Made by a program: the position numbers and the translations under genes
The notes under the pieces: model-generated
Database searches by the model: none
The model's input: the letters and a program-made list of their open reading frames with translations, nothing else
Told to the model about the DNA's origin: nothing
Shown: piece after piece, positions 36,971 through 50,399 of the stretch
Layout: every line of letters starts with the position of its first letter
Position numbering within the stretch: position 1 is the first letter of the stretch
NCBI RefSeq assembly: GCF_006345805.1
Contig: NW_021834501.1
Location: 1 to 53,204 of the forward strand
Length of the DNA stretch: 53,204 nt
Direction: 5' to 3'
Source: Octopus sinensis
Lineage: Eukaryota

Positions 36971-37290
36971 CATAATTATAATTAGGGCTTAGCAAGATTG
37001 CTTCACCACATACCGAAATTTAGAAATATCAGTTAAATACTATTCTACTACTATAAGATATCTCCTAGGCAGCTGTCTGGGAGACCTCTTATGATAGCAG
37101 AGTAGTATTTAACTGCTGTTTCTAAATTTTGGTATGTGGTGAAGCAATTTTGCTAAGCCTTAATTATAATTATGTTTATAATAATTTTTGTATAAGTTTA
37201 CCGATAATGGTTCATATAACATACCGAACTACTTGGTAAGATTATTAATTATAAATGATTAATTAATTTTACCCTTTATTATTATTGATA
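36971..37290 (+). mobile_element. Fold-back element (~200-bp hairpin 36971-37174 plus unique tail ending at (TA)n)
   Basis: Arms ATAATTAGGGCTTAGCAAGATTGCTTCACCACATACCGAAATTTAGAAA... and ...TTTCTAAATTTTGGTATGTGGTGAAGCAATTTTGCTAAGCCTTAATTAT. Tail ends AATTTTACCCTTTATT. Homologous to 51315-51945. Confidence 0.8.
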
Positions 37291-37699
37291 TATATATATA
37301 TATATATAATATATTATATATTATATATAAAATAATGAGGGTAGAAATTGATATCAATTAAAATCAATGTAAACCAGTGGTCTAGCATATTCAAAAAAAT
37401 GTGAGGATTACAATTAATAAGAGGAATGACCATTAAAGTGGATTCCTAATATGCTAAAGATAGACGTCAAATCGCCTTAACTCAAAGAGTGTGTTCTCAA
37501 GAAAAAAATCTCAGTGAACACCAGAATGTAAAAATAAGACCAAAAAAAATATACAAAATAAAACGATTACGTAGGTAATTGTTTTATTTTGTATATTTTC
37601 ATTAAGTAAAATAGCATGAAAAATAATTTAGAATCCTTATCTGGTACCTGATCGATCCCAAAGGTAGTCATAGAATGTGAAGCTGGGTGTGTGTGGGCT

Positions 37700-37925
37700 G
37701 TGTTTGTAATGCTGTGTGTGTGTCATCTGTGATAGGAACGGAGACAGATTTCTCTAGGCTATCCACTGATATAGTGTCTTTACGACCATTGAGATCTATA
37801 GTGAAAAATTTATTTGTGTGTGAAAGAAAATGGAAAGGAACTGCATACGGTGCTGTTAATGGAGGTTTAACAACATCGTTGCGCACAAAACTGTGAGTCG
37901 AAGAAGCAAAGCTTCCTTCAAGGCA
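37700..37925 (-). mobile_element. Ty3/Gypsy integrase C-terminal (GPY/F-domain) fragment
   Basis: STHSFVRNDVVKPPLTAPYAVPFHFLSHTNKFFTIDLNGRKDTISVDSL matches the typical THVFVR.DAVR.PLQPPY.GPF.VL.R..K.FT....G..DTVSIDRLK pattern. Confidence 0.7.
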
Positions 37926-38629
37926 GAGCTAGAAATGCAATAATCAAGTTGGTAAGAGATTTGAAACAGGAGCGATATATTCAAAAATTGGTGAAACTAA
38001 AAATTGTTGAGGATAAATTAAATTTATTATTGTTACTGAATATGTTAGTGCTATTTACTTTCTCAACGGTTTTGCTGGCATTTGTTTATGTATTTTGATT
38101 GTTTTATCCATCAGTTTCTACTAAAATAGAGACATGAGTAAAATTAATAATAGAGAAATGAAAATAAAACTTTGGAAACAGCAATGCTACCATAACTTAC
38201 ATGGAGACCATGAGTGTGCTTTCAAGGGAGATATTCAGAGAAAGACTTGAAAGTCAGCATAAGATCATAATCATGTAAAGTAAAATAACAATTAATCCAG
38301 AATCCTTGTCCTGTACCAGACTGATCACAAAGTCTATTCAGTTCATGCCAGTCATGAGGCTAAAAAACCCTGAAAGTTTCATCTGAATCCATTCTTCAGT
38401 TCTTGAGATATCTTGTCCATGAACAAACAAACAAACATGACTGGAAACAATATCTCTGCTTTCAGTAAGGTGGAGTTAATAATATTAATAATGATAATAG
38501 TCTTCTCCTATAGCTTTGGACCAAGGCCTTGTGAATGGTTAGTGGGGTGGGATGGTTGTCCCCATAACATAGTTGTTCGGCAAAAGATATCTATAGCAAT
38601 AAGTATTGAGCTTTTAAAAAAAACTTTAA

Positions 38630-39172
38630 AAAGCAAATGTGTCAATTCTCTGGGACTTCCCCGCACATACCGACAAGACAATAAAAGCTAATAAACCGGA
38701 TATTATTACAAAAGATCAGATAAAAAAGGTGTGTTTATTAATTGACATGAGTATTCCTTGTGATCACAATATAGCGGCGAAAGAATTCGACAAGATTAGT
38801 AAATATAAAGACCTGCTAATAGGAATTGAAAAAATGTGGCATCTCAATGCGACTACAGTACCAGTGATTGTAGGATCTCTAGGAATGATAAAAAAAAGGT
38901 AGTGAAACCTATTTGAAAATGATTCCAGGCATACCATCCCTACGGGAAGTGCAAAAAATCCTGTTAACTGGAACGACTCATGTACTGAGAAGAGCATTAT
39001 CGCTGTAAAAACAACATCCATCCATGAATTTATTTATTTATTAATTTTTAAATACATATTTTACTTGTGAATTTGCGTGTGTAATCTGGGAATGCATACA
39101 ATGAGCTTCTCTGTCCTAGGTGTATGGAAACCCTCAGCGAGAAATGGAAGAGAATTTGAAGAAAGAAGGAAA

Positions 39173-39175
<3 letters not shown>
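38630..39175 (+). mobile_element. R4/Dong-clade LINE 3' fragment (RLE domain, 3' UTR) followed by (TAA)n
   Basis: SILWDFP.HTDKTIKANKPDII.KD...KVCLLIDMSIPCDHNIAAKEFDKISKYKDL...WHL....VPVIVGSLG...EVQKILLTGTTHVLRRALSL*. Confidence 0.85.
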
Positions 39176-39225
<50 letters not shown>

Positions 39226-39357
39226 TAATAATAATAATAATATATTAACAATAATAATAATAATAATAGCGATAATAATAACAATATAATAATAATAATA
39301 ATAATAATATAACAATAATATAATAATAATAATAATAATAGCGATAATAATAACATA

Positions 39358-39400
<43 letters not shown>

Positions 39401-39752
39401 TATAATAATAATAATGATAATAATAATAATAATAATAATTTTCGGTTTAAAAAAAAAAAAAGGAAAATTATTATTGTTATTTTTTTTAGACATTCATTAG
39501 TACAACACCAAAAACTCCCCCCCCCCAAATATATGGCACACTAGGCATAACAACAACATGAACATCCAACCCGTTGTCTCTTGAGTCTCTGGGTGAGACT
39601 TGGAGCCAACTTGTACAAATATAAAGCAACACAACATAGAATAATAATAATAATAATGATAATAATAATAATAATAATGATAATAATAATAATAATAATA
39701 ATATGATGATAATATAACAATAAATAATAATAATAATAATAATAATATGATG

Positions 39753-39786
<34 letters not shown>

Positions 39787-39848
39787 TAATAATAATAATA
39801 ATATGATAATAATAATAATAATAATAATAATAATATATAATAATAATG

Positions 39849-39885
<37 letters not shown>

Positions 39886-39971
39886 TAATAATAATAATAT
39901 TAATAATAATATAAGATAATATAATAATAATAATCATAATAATAATAATAATAGCGATAATAATAACAATA

Positions 39972-40015
<44 letters not shown>
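39176..40015. repeat. Long (AAT)n tracts separated by a ~140-bp unique segment (probable LINE 3' UTR)
   Basis: Direct reading; the segment 39500-39640 runs straight into (AAT)n. Confidence 0.8.
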
Positions 40016-40018
<3 letters not shown>

Positions 40019-40573
40019 TGCCCTGATGCAGTACCAGGCAGTGGCTCTCATGGCTTCTGATCTTAACTGATTGGAAGTGTTATCATGTACATTGTTTTGT
40101 CTTGGTATAAAAGATGGGCTACAGCAAATATTCTGCTCAATACCACAGATTTGCTTGTCAGTTGTTTGACCTTAACCAGTTGAGCATGTCCCTTAGTGGC
40201 TGACGATATGTGCATCTCTAATCACGAGCAGAAGTAGTGGGGGAGCATCATAGCTGTGTGTTGAGAGGGATTCTTTGGGGTTTGAATAGTTCACCTCTGG
40301 AAACATGGGTGGTTCTTTCAACATCCTTAAATAACCCTTATTCAGGGACCTTTTGAGCGGGATGGGCTACTCAACCTGAAGAAAATTCTAACTGGGCCCC
40401 ACCTGCAAGGTCATGTGCTGTTTATCTTGATATGAGATCACCATGTCGCGCACATATGGTTGTAATGCATGTGCCTGGTGTACCCTTATCAGACGGGTAG
40501 TCATGATGGGTATACTGGGCTTCGTATATTTTACCCCAGTGTCACTTTGATGGCATGCACTGCTCTCTCACTC
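40016..40573. mobile_element. Element X, copy 3
   Basis: Same ends as copies 1 and 2; (AAT)n on both sides. Confidence 0.85.
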
Positions 40574-40604
<31 letters not shown>

Positions 40605-40607
<3 letters not shown>

Positions 40608-42440
40608 TTTGCCACAGGGGCAGCAATTCTGAGGGAGGGTATGAGTCAATTACACTGACCCAGTATTCAACTGGTACTTAATTTATCAACCCCAAAAGGA
40701 TGAAAGGCGAAGCTGACCTGAGAGGAATTTGAACTCAGAACTCAGAACAAGTTTGATGCAGGGAGTGAGCTGATTATGTTGACTCCTGTATTCAATTGGT
40801 ACTTAGTTTATCATTCCTGAAAAAAATGAAAGTTGGCCCTGCTGGAATTTGAACTTAGAACATAAGGTTGGATGAAATATGGTCTAACATTTTGCCCAGC
40901 ATGTCCATGACACTGCTAGCTCATTGGATGTACAAATATGGCTGTATTGTTAAAAGGTTCACCTTGCAACTATAGAGGAAAGTGTCTTCTATAGCTTTGG
41001 ACCAAGGCCTTGTGAGTGGATTTGGTAGATTGAAACTGAAAGAATCCTGGCAGTGGGGGTGTTTGTCCCCATAACATAGTTGTTTAGCAAAAGACATCCA
41101 TAGCACTAAGTTTGTTTGTTCCTTCTCGAGCCATGCCTGGCTCATAGGGCCAGTTTCCCACTTTCCTTGGAGTATAGGTTCCCCACCAGGATGGGATGCT
41201 GGTCTGTTGCAGGTGAGCTGCAAGATGCTGGAGGAAAGAGTGAGAGAAAATTGTGATGAAAGAGTCAGCAGAAGTTCGCCATTACCTTCTGCCAGAGCCG
41301 CGTGGAGTTTAGGTGTTTCGCTCATAAACACCTAAGATTTGAACCCACGATCCCTCGACCACCAGGCCATGTGTCTCCATATAGCAATGAGTATTAGGCT
41401 TTAAGAAAGTAAGCATTGGGATTGATGCATTCAGCTAAAAATTCTTTAAGGGGGTTCCCCCAGAATGGCTGCAGTCTAATGACTGAAATGAGTAAAGAAT
41501 AAAATGTTAAGATATATATAGGTGCAGGAGTAACTGTGTGGTAAGTTGCTCGCTTCCTAACCACATGGTTCCAGGTTCAGTCCCTCTGCGTGGAAACTTG
41601 GGCAAGCGTCTTCTACGATAGCCTCTGGCCAACTAAAGCATTGTGAGTGGATTTGGTAGACGGAAACTAAAAGAAGACAATTGTATATACATGGACAACC
41701 AATGTTGGTGTATTTATGTCCCCATAGCTGAGTGGTTTGGCAAAAGAGACCGAAAGAATAAGTACTAGTCTTACAATGAGTAAGTCCTGGGGTCAATTTC
41801 TTCGACTAAAAGGCAGTGCTACAGCATGGCCACAGTCAAATAACTGAAACAAGTAAAAGAATAAAAGAATATATACATATGATATATATATATAGTAAAA
41901 TAAGAAACAGAAAGTCCTTGGTACAGTATCATATAGTGTGTGTGTGTGTATGTGTGTGTATATACATATTCACAGATATACAGGCATACATATAGATATG
42001 AGTATGCATGCATGTCAGAGAATAAGTATGCTTATATATATATATATGTAGGCGCAGGAGTGGCTGTGTGGTAAGTAGCTTCTTTACCAACCACATGGTT
42101 CTGGGTTCAGTCCCACTGCGTGTCATCTTAAGCAAGTGTCTTCTGCTATAGCATCGGGCCGACCAATGCTTTGTGAGTGGATTTGGTAGACGACACTGAA
42201 AGAAGCCTGTCGTATATATGTATATATATATATGTGTGTGTGTTTGTCCCCCTAGCATTGCTTGACAACCGATGCCGGTGTGTTATGTCCCCATCGCTTA
42301 GCGGTTCGGCAAAAGAGACCGATAGAATAAGTACTTACAAAGAATAAGTCCCGGGTCGAGTTGCTCGACTAAAGGTGGTGCTCCAGCATGGCTACAGTCA
42401 CATAACTGAAACAAGTAAAAGAGTAAAAGAGTAAAAAGAA
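40605..42440. mobile_element. SINE cluster: family B (~40605-40925, -), family C variant (~41120-41380, -), family A (~41520-41870 and 42051-42440, +)
   Basis: Recognised from the family signature strings described above. Confidence 0.75.
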
Positions 42441-42441
42441 T

Positions 42442-42473
<32 letters not shown>

Positions 42474-43594
42474 ATGTATGTATGTATGTATGTATGTATG
42501 TATGTATGTATGTATGTATATATGTATGTATATGTATGTATGTGTGTATTTAAGGATATATGTATGTAGGTAAGTATATATGCACCTATGTATGTGTGTA
42601 ATATCACGTCCATTTCGATATAAAATGCAAAAGACTATAAAAGTATATTTGTGCGTATGTATGAATGAATGTATATATGTATGTATGTAGGTAGATAGGT
42701 AACTAAGTATGAAAGTGTGTGCATATATATGTATGTGCGTGCGTGAGTTTTTGTATGTGTGTGTGTGTGTGTGATACCATGATCATTTAGACATACAAAA
42801 CACACAAAAGACTACGTGTGTGTGTGTGTGTATGCATTTATGTATGTGTCTGTAATTTTGTGTGTGAATGTGTGTGGTGGTGGGATAAAACAGTGGTCCC
42901 CAGTAAGTCTGTTAGATGCTGTTAACACGCATGTACACATGCACACATATGTGCTTATATACTGCACGCATTTGTGTTTATATGTTAGTGTGTGTGTGTG
43001 TGTGTGTGATACAATTACCCATGAGAAGTGTGTAATTAGCAACACACGCATTACTCAAGCACGCGTCCAAATATATAATGACCTTCGTACATGTATGCAC
43101 AGGTGTAAGTGCCTTTATGTGTGTGTGTGTGTGTGTGCATGTGTGTGTGTGTGTGTGTGCAAGTGTGTGTGCATCTATGTGTTTATGTGTGTAATTATAT
43201 GTATACACACGCACTCAGAAATACATTTGAACATATTGTAAAGTTAATAGGTATACATATAGAAATACATATATGTATACATACATACACACACACATAG
43301 AAATATTCATATATATATCATATATATATATTCATTCACACACATATATTTATATATATATACATATAGGTATATATACATATTAACAGTAATATACATA
43401 CATATGCATATACATATATACATACATACCTATATATGTATATATATGTATGTATCTTTATATTCATATATATACATATATAGGTATATATATACATATT
43501 TATAGAAATATACATATATATGCATATATATGTGTGTATATATATATGTATGCATATATATATATATATATACACATACATATATATATGTGTG

Positions 43595-43632
<38 letters not shown>

Positions 43633-43674
43633 TATATAATTTACCTAAATACATATACATGTATACATATATAC

Positions 43675-43723
<49 letters not shown>

Positions 43724-44139
43724 TGACTATACATATATGTACATATATAGTGTATGTGTGTGTGCTTGCGTATTCCAGCAAACACCCCACACACGCACAC
43801 ACCCGCACCCACTTTCACCCATAATCAACGTTCAACCGTCAAATTGGTCCATCGTCCATTGAAAGCAAATAGCAAAATTTCTTTTCATGGAAGGCATCCA
43901 CCTCTTTACACCGTCTTTGCCATTCTTCGGAATCAATGATATTCCTCGTTGGCATTAAATTGGTTTTATCCACAGAGATAATGAGGATTAGTTGTCGCTG
44001 AATAACGACTTTTTAAAAGCCAGGGCTGTCTTTGATGGGCGACGAAGAATAGGAAGGATGAAGACAATGTCAGGTGTACCGAGGGTTGTGGAGGTTGGTG
44101 GGGTGGGATCATTTGAATGACACACAGACATATATATAT

Positions 44140-44731
44140 ATAGATATATAGATATAGCCACACATATACATACATATTTATACAGCCTCGCATACAAACA
44201 CACGCACACAAAAGCACATATACACATGTATAGACTTACACACATACATAGGTACAGCCACACATATATACACACAGACACACACACATATTGATACAGC
44301 TACACATACAAACACACACACTGACACACACAGACATATTCATACAGCCACATATACAGACACACAAAAACACATAGATAGACTCACACACATACATAGG
44401 TACAGCCACACACACAGACTCACACATATTGATACAGCCACACATACAAACACACACACAAACACACATACTTTCACACATACACATGTATAGACTCACA
44501 CACACACACACACACACATATTAATACAGCTACACAAACACATGCATGTACACACATAGGGTCATACAAATAAGACACATGTGTGGTAAGTAGCTTGCTT
44601 ACCAGCCACATGGTTCCGGGTTCAGTCCCACTGCGTGGCATCTTGGGCAAGTGTCTTCTACTATAGCCCCGGGCCAACCAAAGCCTTGTGAGTGGATTTG
44701 GTAGACGGAAACTGAAAGAAGCCTGTCGTAA

Positions 44732-44781
<50 letters not shown>

Positions 44782-45496
44782 ATGTTTGTTGTGATGTGTT
44801 TGTCCCCCTAGCATTGCTTGACAACCGATGCTGGTGTTTTACGTCCCCGTCACTTAGCGGTTCGGCAAAAGAGACCGATAGAATAAGTACTGGGCTTACA
44901 AGAATAAGTCCCGGGGTCCGAGTTGCTCGACTAAAGGCGGTGCTCCAGCATGGCTGCAGTCAAATGACTGAAAAAGTAAAAGAGTAAAAGAGAGTATATA
45001 CACATATACACATATACACACTCAGATATAGATACAGCCTTGTATATATACATGCATATAAAGATATACAGACACAAACACAGCCTCATATACATACACA
45101 TATACACTTACAGTTATACACATACACGTGTACAAAAACACATACAAACATATAGAGACACACTAACGCAGACACACACAACCGTATACATAACCACACA
45201 TATAACCAAACACAGTGACATGCACACACACATAGACTCACCAAGCCACACACACACACACAAAGAGGCACAAACACACACATACATAAAACTAGATACA
45301 TCTCCTTAGGCCCACACACACACTCACACACATACAAGCACAAACACACACATACATAGAGCCACATACATCTACTCAGGCCCACACACACACATGCACA
45401 CTCACACACAAACAGGTACAAACACACAGTGACATGCACACACACATAGACTCACCAAGCCACACGCACACACACACACAGGCATAACACACATAT

Positions 45497-45527
<31 letters not shown>

Positions 45528-46208
45528 TAAAAGCAGATACAAGCACACTTACACATGCATATATAGACACACTACGATATACACACAACCACACACACAT
45601 ACACACACATACAGAGAAGTAGATACAAACACACTTACACATGCATATATACACACTACCTATACACACTACCATATACACAGAGATGTAGTCACACACA
45701 CACATACAGAAGTAGATACAAGGACACGTACACATGCATATATATACACACTATGATATACACACACAGATACAGTCACACAACCACACACACACACACA
45801 CAGATACAAGAACACACATGCATATATATACACACTACAATATACACACACAGATAAAGTCACGCAACCACACACACACACACACACACACAGAAGCAGA
45901 TATAAACACACTTACACATGCATATATACACACTACCATATACACACAGAGATACAGTCACACAACCACACACAGATACAAGCACACACATGCATATATA
46001 CACACTAACATATACACACATAGATACAGTCACACAACCACACACACACACACATAAAAGCAGATACAAGCTCACTTACACATGCATATATACACACTAA
46101 CATACACACACACAGATACAGTCAGACAACCACACACACATACACAGATACAAGCACACTTACACATGCATATATAACACACAAAGATAGTCACACAACC
46201 ACACACAC

Positions 46209-46239
<31 letters not shown>

Positions 46240-46400
46240 GAAGTAGATATAAACACACTTACACATACATATATACACACAACAATATACACACAGCGAT
46301 ACAGTCACACAACCACACACACAACACAGATACAAGCACACACATGCATATACACACACACACAGATACAATCACACACACACACGCATGCATAATTTTC
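44140..46400. repeat. CA-rich minisatellite field (degenerate ~30-60-bp units such as CACAGATACAGTCACACAACCAC and GCACACTTACACATGCATATATACACACTAC), with a family A SINE at 44580-44993
   Basis: Direct reading. Confidence 0.8.
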
Positions 46401-46593
46401 CAATGATTCTCAGGATTTTCTGCGATCTTTGGAACATGATATTTATCTAAGATTAAGGAACCTTGACAAAAGAGGAAATGATGAGACGGATTTTACGCAA
46501 CTTGGCATTTTACAATCTGTGTATACACACCCCAGTGGGGCGAGAGAGGGATCCTAAAAGAAAACATCATTACAGTTTTTCTCTTTCTTTTCC

Positions 46594-46760
46594 GGGCATA
46601 GGAGTGGCTGTGTGGTAAGTAGCTTGCTTACGAACCACATGGTTCCGGGTTCAGTCCCACTGCGTGGCACCTTGGGCAAGTGTCTTCTACTATAGCCTCG
46701 GGCCGACCAAAGCCTTGTGAGTGGATTTGGGTAGACAGAAACTGAAAGAAGCTTGTTGTA

Positions 46761-46808
<48 letters not shown>

Positions 46809-46831
46809 TATTATATATATATGTGTGTATA

Positions 46832-46868
<37 letters not shown>

Positions 46869-47098
46869 ATGTGTATATATATATGTGTGTGTATGTCTGT
46901 GTTTTGTACCCCCAACATCGCTTGACAACCGATGCTGGTGTGTTTACGTCCCCATAACTTAGCAGTTCGGCAAAAGAGCTCGATAGAATAAGTACTAGGC
47001 TTACAAAGAATAAGTCCTGGGGTCGCTTTGCTCGACTAAAGGCGGTGCTCCAGCATGGCCGCAGTCGCACGACTGAAATAAGTAAAAGAGTAAAAGAG
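46594..47098 (+). mobile_element. Full-length family A SINE
   Basis: GGGCATAGGAGTGGCTGTGTGGTAAG...GTAAAAGAGTAAAAGAG. Confidence 0.88.
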
Positions 47099-47279
47099 AT
47101 ATCAGTACCAGCTTGGCTGTGTGGTTAGAAGTTTGTTTTCTAGCCGCATGATTCCAGGTTCAATCTCACTGTATGGCACTTTGGGTAAGTGTCTTCTATT
47201 ATAGTCCGCAACTGACCAAAGCTTTGTGAGTAGAAAGAAACTGAAAGAAGCCCATTAAATGTGTGTGTATGTGTGTGTA

Positions 47280-48410
47280 CAGGGTGCAATAAGTAAATTT
47301 CCACCATTTTATATTTTTAATTTCATGCATGCACATTGTTTGTTTCTGATTTTGTCGACTACAAAGTATAGTAGGGTCAGTTGGGCACCATCTGTGTGAA
47401 AAACAGCACCATGACGCAATTCACTATTAAAGAAGTTTGGAAATGATATGCTGAACTGCTTGGCCTTCGTGCTGGAAACCCCAATACAAATATTTCAGTG
47501 TGTTTGGGTGTCAATCTGAAGATATATACTGAGAGGGATAGAAATCAAACATGCAATCAATATCATGGTGTTTGGAGTGATCACTAGTTGAGACCCCCTT
47601 CGGTCATGACTGACCATGGAATTGCACCTAGAAAGTTACCCTCCCAGGCATAAGTCCGGGCAAGGTTGTTTATGGAAGACCAGCAGTCACCCATGCATAC
47701 CAGACTCGTCTCTCCACGCCACCAGTGTTATCCAAGGAAAAAGCAAAGACAATACAGCTTGGCACCAGTGACATCACAACTCATTTCTGCAGCTGAGTGA
47801 ACTGGAGCAAAGTGAAATAAAGTGTCTTGCTCAAGAACACAACATACAGCCCGGTCTGGGCTTTGAACTCACAACCTCACGATTGCAAGCTCGACGCTCT
47901 AACAACTGAGCCATGTGCCTTCACATGCGCTTGTAATGGTGACATTATGACTCCATTCACCTACCCACACAGCCCCAGACACAACACGGAGGCCGACATC
48001 AAGTGCCTGAAGGAGGTAGGGCTGCCCTGGGTGAAGAGGATGGCTACTAGAGGACCCTATGTCTGGCAATAGGACTCTGCAAGCAGAACCTAGTCATGAC
48101 TGTCAAACAACTTCTGTGACCAGATCGCCCCTAACATCTGGCCACTTAACTCCCCAGACTGCAAGCCCCTTGATTGTTATGTTTGGGGTGCCGTTGAGTG
48201 AGAAACCAGCAAAACTCCTTGTAACACTAAAGATGAACCAAAGGAAGGGATTATGGTAGCATTCACCAACTTAAACAAGGAGACCATCCAGAAGAGTTGC
48301 AGGAGATTCCCAACACATCTGTAGGGTGAAGTTGACACCGATTACAATGATATTGTGCAGATTTACTCATCACTATTTCAGGATATCTTTATGTAATTTT
48401 GGTAAATATA
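47280..48410 (+). mobile_element. Tc1/mariner (DD37D/maT-like) transposon relic, internally deleted, interrupted by a CORE SINE (47590-47924)
   Basis: Starts TA-CAGGGTGCAATAAGTAAATT. IMVFGVITS|NGDIMTPF...IKCLKEVGLPWVKRMATRGPYVWQ*DSA...IWPLNSPDCKPLDCYVWGAVE*ETSKTPCNTKDE: catalytic QDSA and SPDxNPLD motifs. Has stops. Confidence 0.85.
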
Positions 48411-48771
48411 TCTCTTTTACTCTTTTTTTCTCTTTTACTTGTTTCAGTCATTTGACTGCGGCCATGCTGGAGCACCGCCAGTACTTATTCTATCGGCCTC
48501 TTTTGCCGAACCGCTAAGTGACGGGGACGTAAACACACCAGCATCGGTTGTCAAGCAATGATAGGGGGACAAACACATACACACACATATATATATAAAC
48601 ATATATACGACGGGCTTCTTTCAGTTTCCGTCTACCAAATCCACTCACAAGGCTTTGGTCGGCCCGAGGCTATAGCAGAAGACACTTGCCCAAGATGCCA
48701 TGCAGTGGGACTGAACCCGGAACCATGTGGTTGACTAGCAAGCTACTTACCACACAGCCACTCCTGCGCCT
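48411..48771 (-). mobile_element. Family A SINE
   Basis: Family signature strings. Confidence 0.85.
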
Positions 48772-48931
48772 GTTAAAATGTGATGTCAATGTTATTTTCA
48801 TTTTTGCTTAAGTTAGAAAAAAATTTATTCACTGCACACTGTATATATATATATTTCTCCATGGTAACTGCAGTGTATTTGCCTTTAGCAGTTGAAATAT
48901 CAAACAAACCTATTTCAACTAACCTAAATTG

Positions 48932-48976
<45 letters not shown>

Positions 48977-49115
48977 AAGAAAAGCCATTATTATGTAATT
49001 CAAACAATGATACACGTAAACCAAATCATAAAGAAAAAATAAAATATATTATAAAATATATAACTAGATCACAAAAAGTACAAAAAATGAATAAACAATA
49101 TATAATAAGTAAAAA

Positions 49116-49211
49116 GACTACGTACGTTTCATGGCAGTAATTTCAAATCAAATTACATTTAAATTTAATCGATAAACAATTCAATTTAAAAGTATAGTCA
49201 CTCCTCAGGTC
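49116..49211 (-). ncRNA. Type-I hammerhead ribozyme with intact core and branched stem II
   Basis: Minus strand GAC-CTGAGGA-GTGAC...GCCAT-GAAAC-GTAC-GTA-GTC: 3-bp stem I, palindromic ACGTACGT stem III, GUA triplet. Loop II contains two hairpins (TTTAAATT/AATTTAAA and GTAATTT/AAATTAC). About 145 nt upstream of (TA)n. Confidence 0.78.
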
Positions 49212-49699
49212 AACAATATTAACAATAATAGTTAAATAAATAATCAAACAGAATTAAACAATATTTCTTAGAGAAATAAAATCCAGAATTTCTTCTATAA
49301 GAACAATCATGATTTGATTTCTTTAAGCACCAGTAATGATAAGGCTGTTGACTGGGAGAACACAAACATGGTTTAAACAGTAAGCTTGGCAGGAAAGAAA
49401 CGTGCCCTTAAGCAGTACAAGAACAACAAAAAGTGGAACGGAAGAAAAGCAGGACAAAAACGATGCATGCATGCAAATGGGTTAGCTGTAGGTAAAACTA
49501 GATGGAAAAGCATGATGAATTTATGAGAAGGTACCTGGGACAATAACAAGTTCATCCAATAAAACGTTGTAGGAAATCAACTTGGGGCGATTTTTGATGA
49601 AAAGCTACAACCTAGGGAACTAGTAACTAATTTTAGGCTAACTTACTTTACTGGATGTTCAAGGGCATGGAAAAGCTAGTGGAGCGCAGCCTTGTAAAC

Positions 49700-49915
49700 A
49701 ATATTCCTGATGTACTTGGACATATAAATGCACGTTCCCACGGCTTTATCGATTGCATTGACACCTGGAATCGATTTTTGTAATTTTTTCAAGACTTATA
49801 CACGCCCTGATACCGTCTGTATCTACAAATCAAACTTGAGTGCAATTGGATGGACGATGCCCGAGATCCTAGAAGACACACAACCAGACAGACAGAACGG
49901 ATTTTATATATGTCT
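49700..49915 (+). mobile_element. Possible Helentron-associated (DINE-1/HINE-like) non-autonomous element 3' part
   Basis: CAAACTTGAGTGCAATTGGATGGACGATGCCCGAGATCCTAGAAGACAC..ACAGACAGAAC..TTTTATATAT resembles the HINE 3' architecture. Left boundary not defined. Confidence 0.35.
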
Positions 49916-50134
49916 GTGTGTCTTTGTTTTTGTGTTTGACCCCAATGCCACTGCTTAACAACCATAACTTAGTGGTTTGGCAAAAGAGACTTATAGAATT
50001 AGTACCAGGGTTTTTAAAAAAATACAAGAAGTAGGATCAAAATCTTTGACTAAAAAATTTCTGCAATGTGGTGCTCCAGAATGGCAGCAATCTAATGACT
50101 GAAAAAGTAAATGATAAAAGGTACACACACACAA

Positions 50135-50190
<56 letters not shown>

Positions 50191-50399
50191 ACACATATGC
50201 ATGTGTGTGCGTGGTTGCCCTTGTCCAAACATCATCCGATGTTTGTAAACAAGCAAGGTTGTTTGTCTCCATCCTTCCATGACAATCATGTCGAGTCATG
50301 GGAGACAACCTTGATTGGAAAAAGGGTGAGAATTGGCCACAGGAAGTGTACATGGCCACAGAAAATTTGCCACAACAAATTCTGACTGACTCAAGCAAA

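Noticed and set aside
37330-37470. HHR-like TAATGAGG...GTAAACCAGTGGTC
   Set aside because: The core needs several changes, stem II does not close and no stem I partner lies upstream; it is better read as the antisense end of a (TA)n-anchored element.
43800-44120. Unique GC-richer island with acceptor TTTTATCCACAG as a coding exon
   Set aside because: All three frames hit a stop within 25 nt of the acceptor and no protein similarity was recognised; a non-coding exon or conserved element cannot be excluded.
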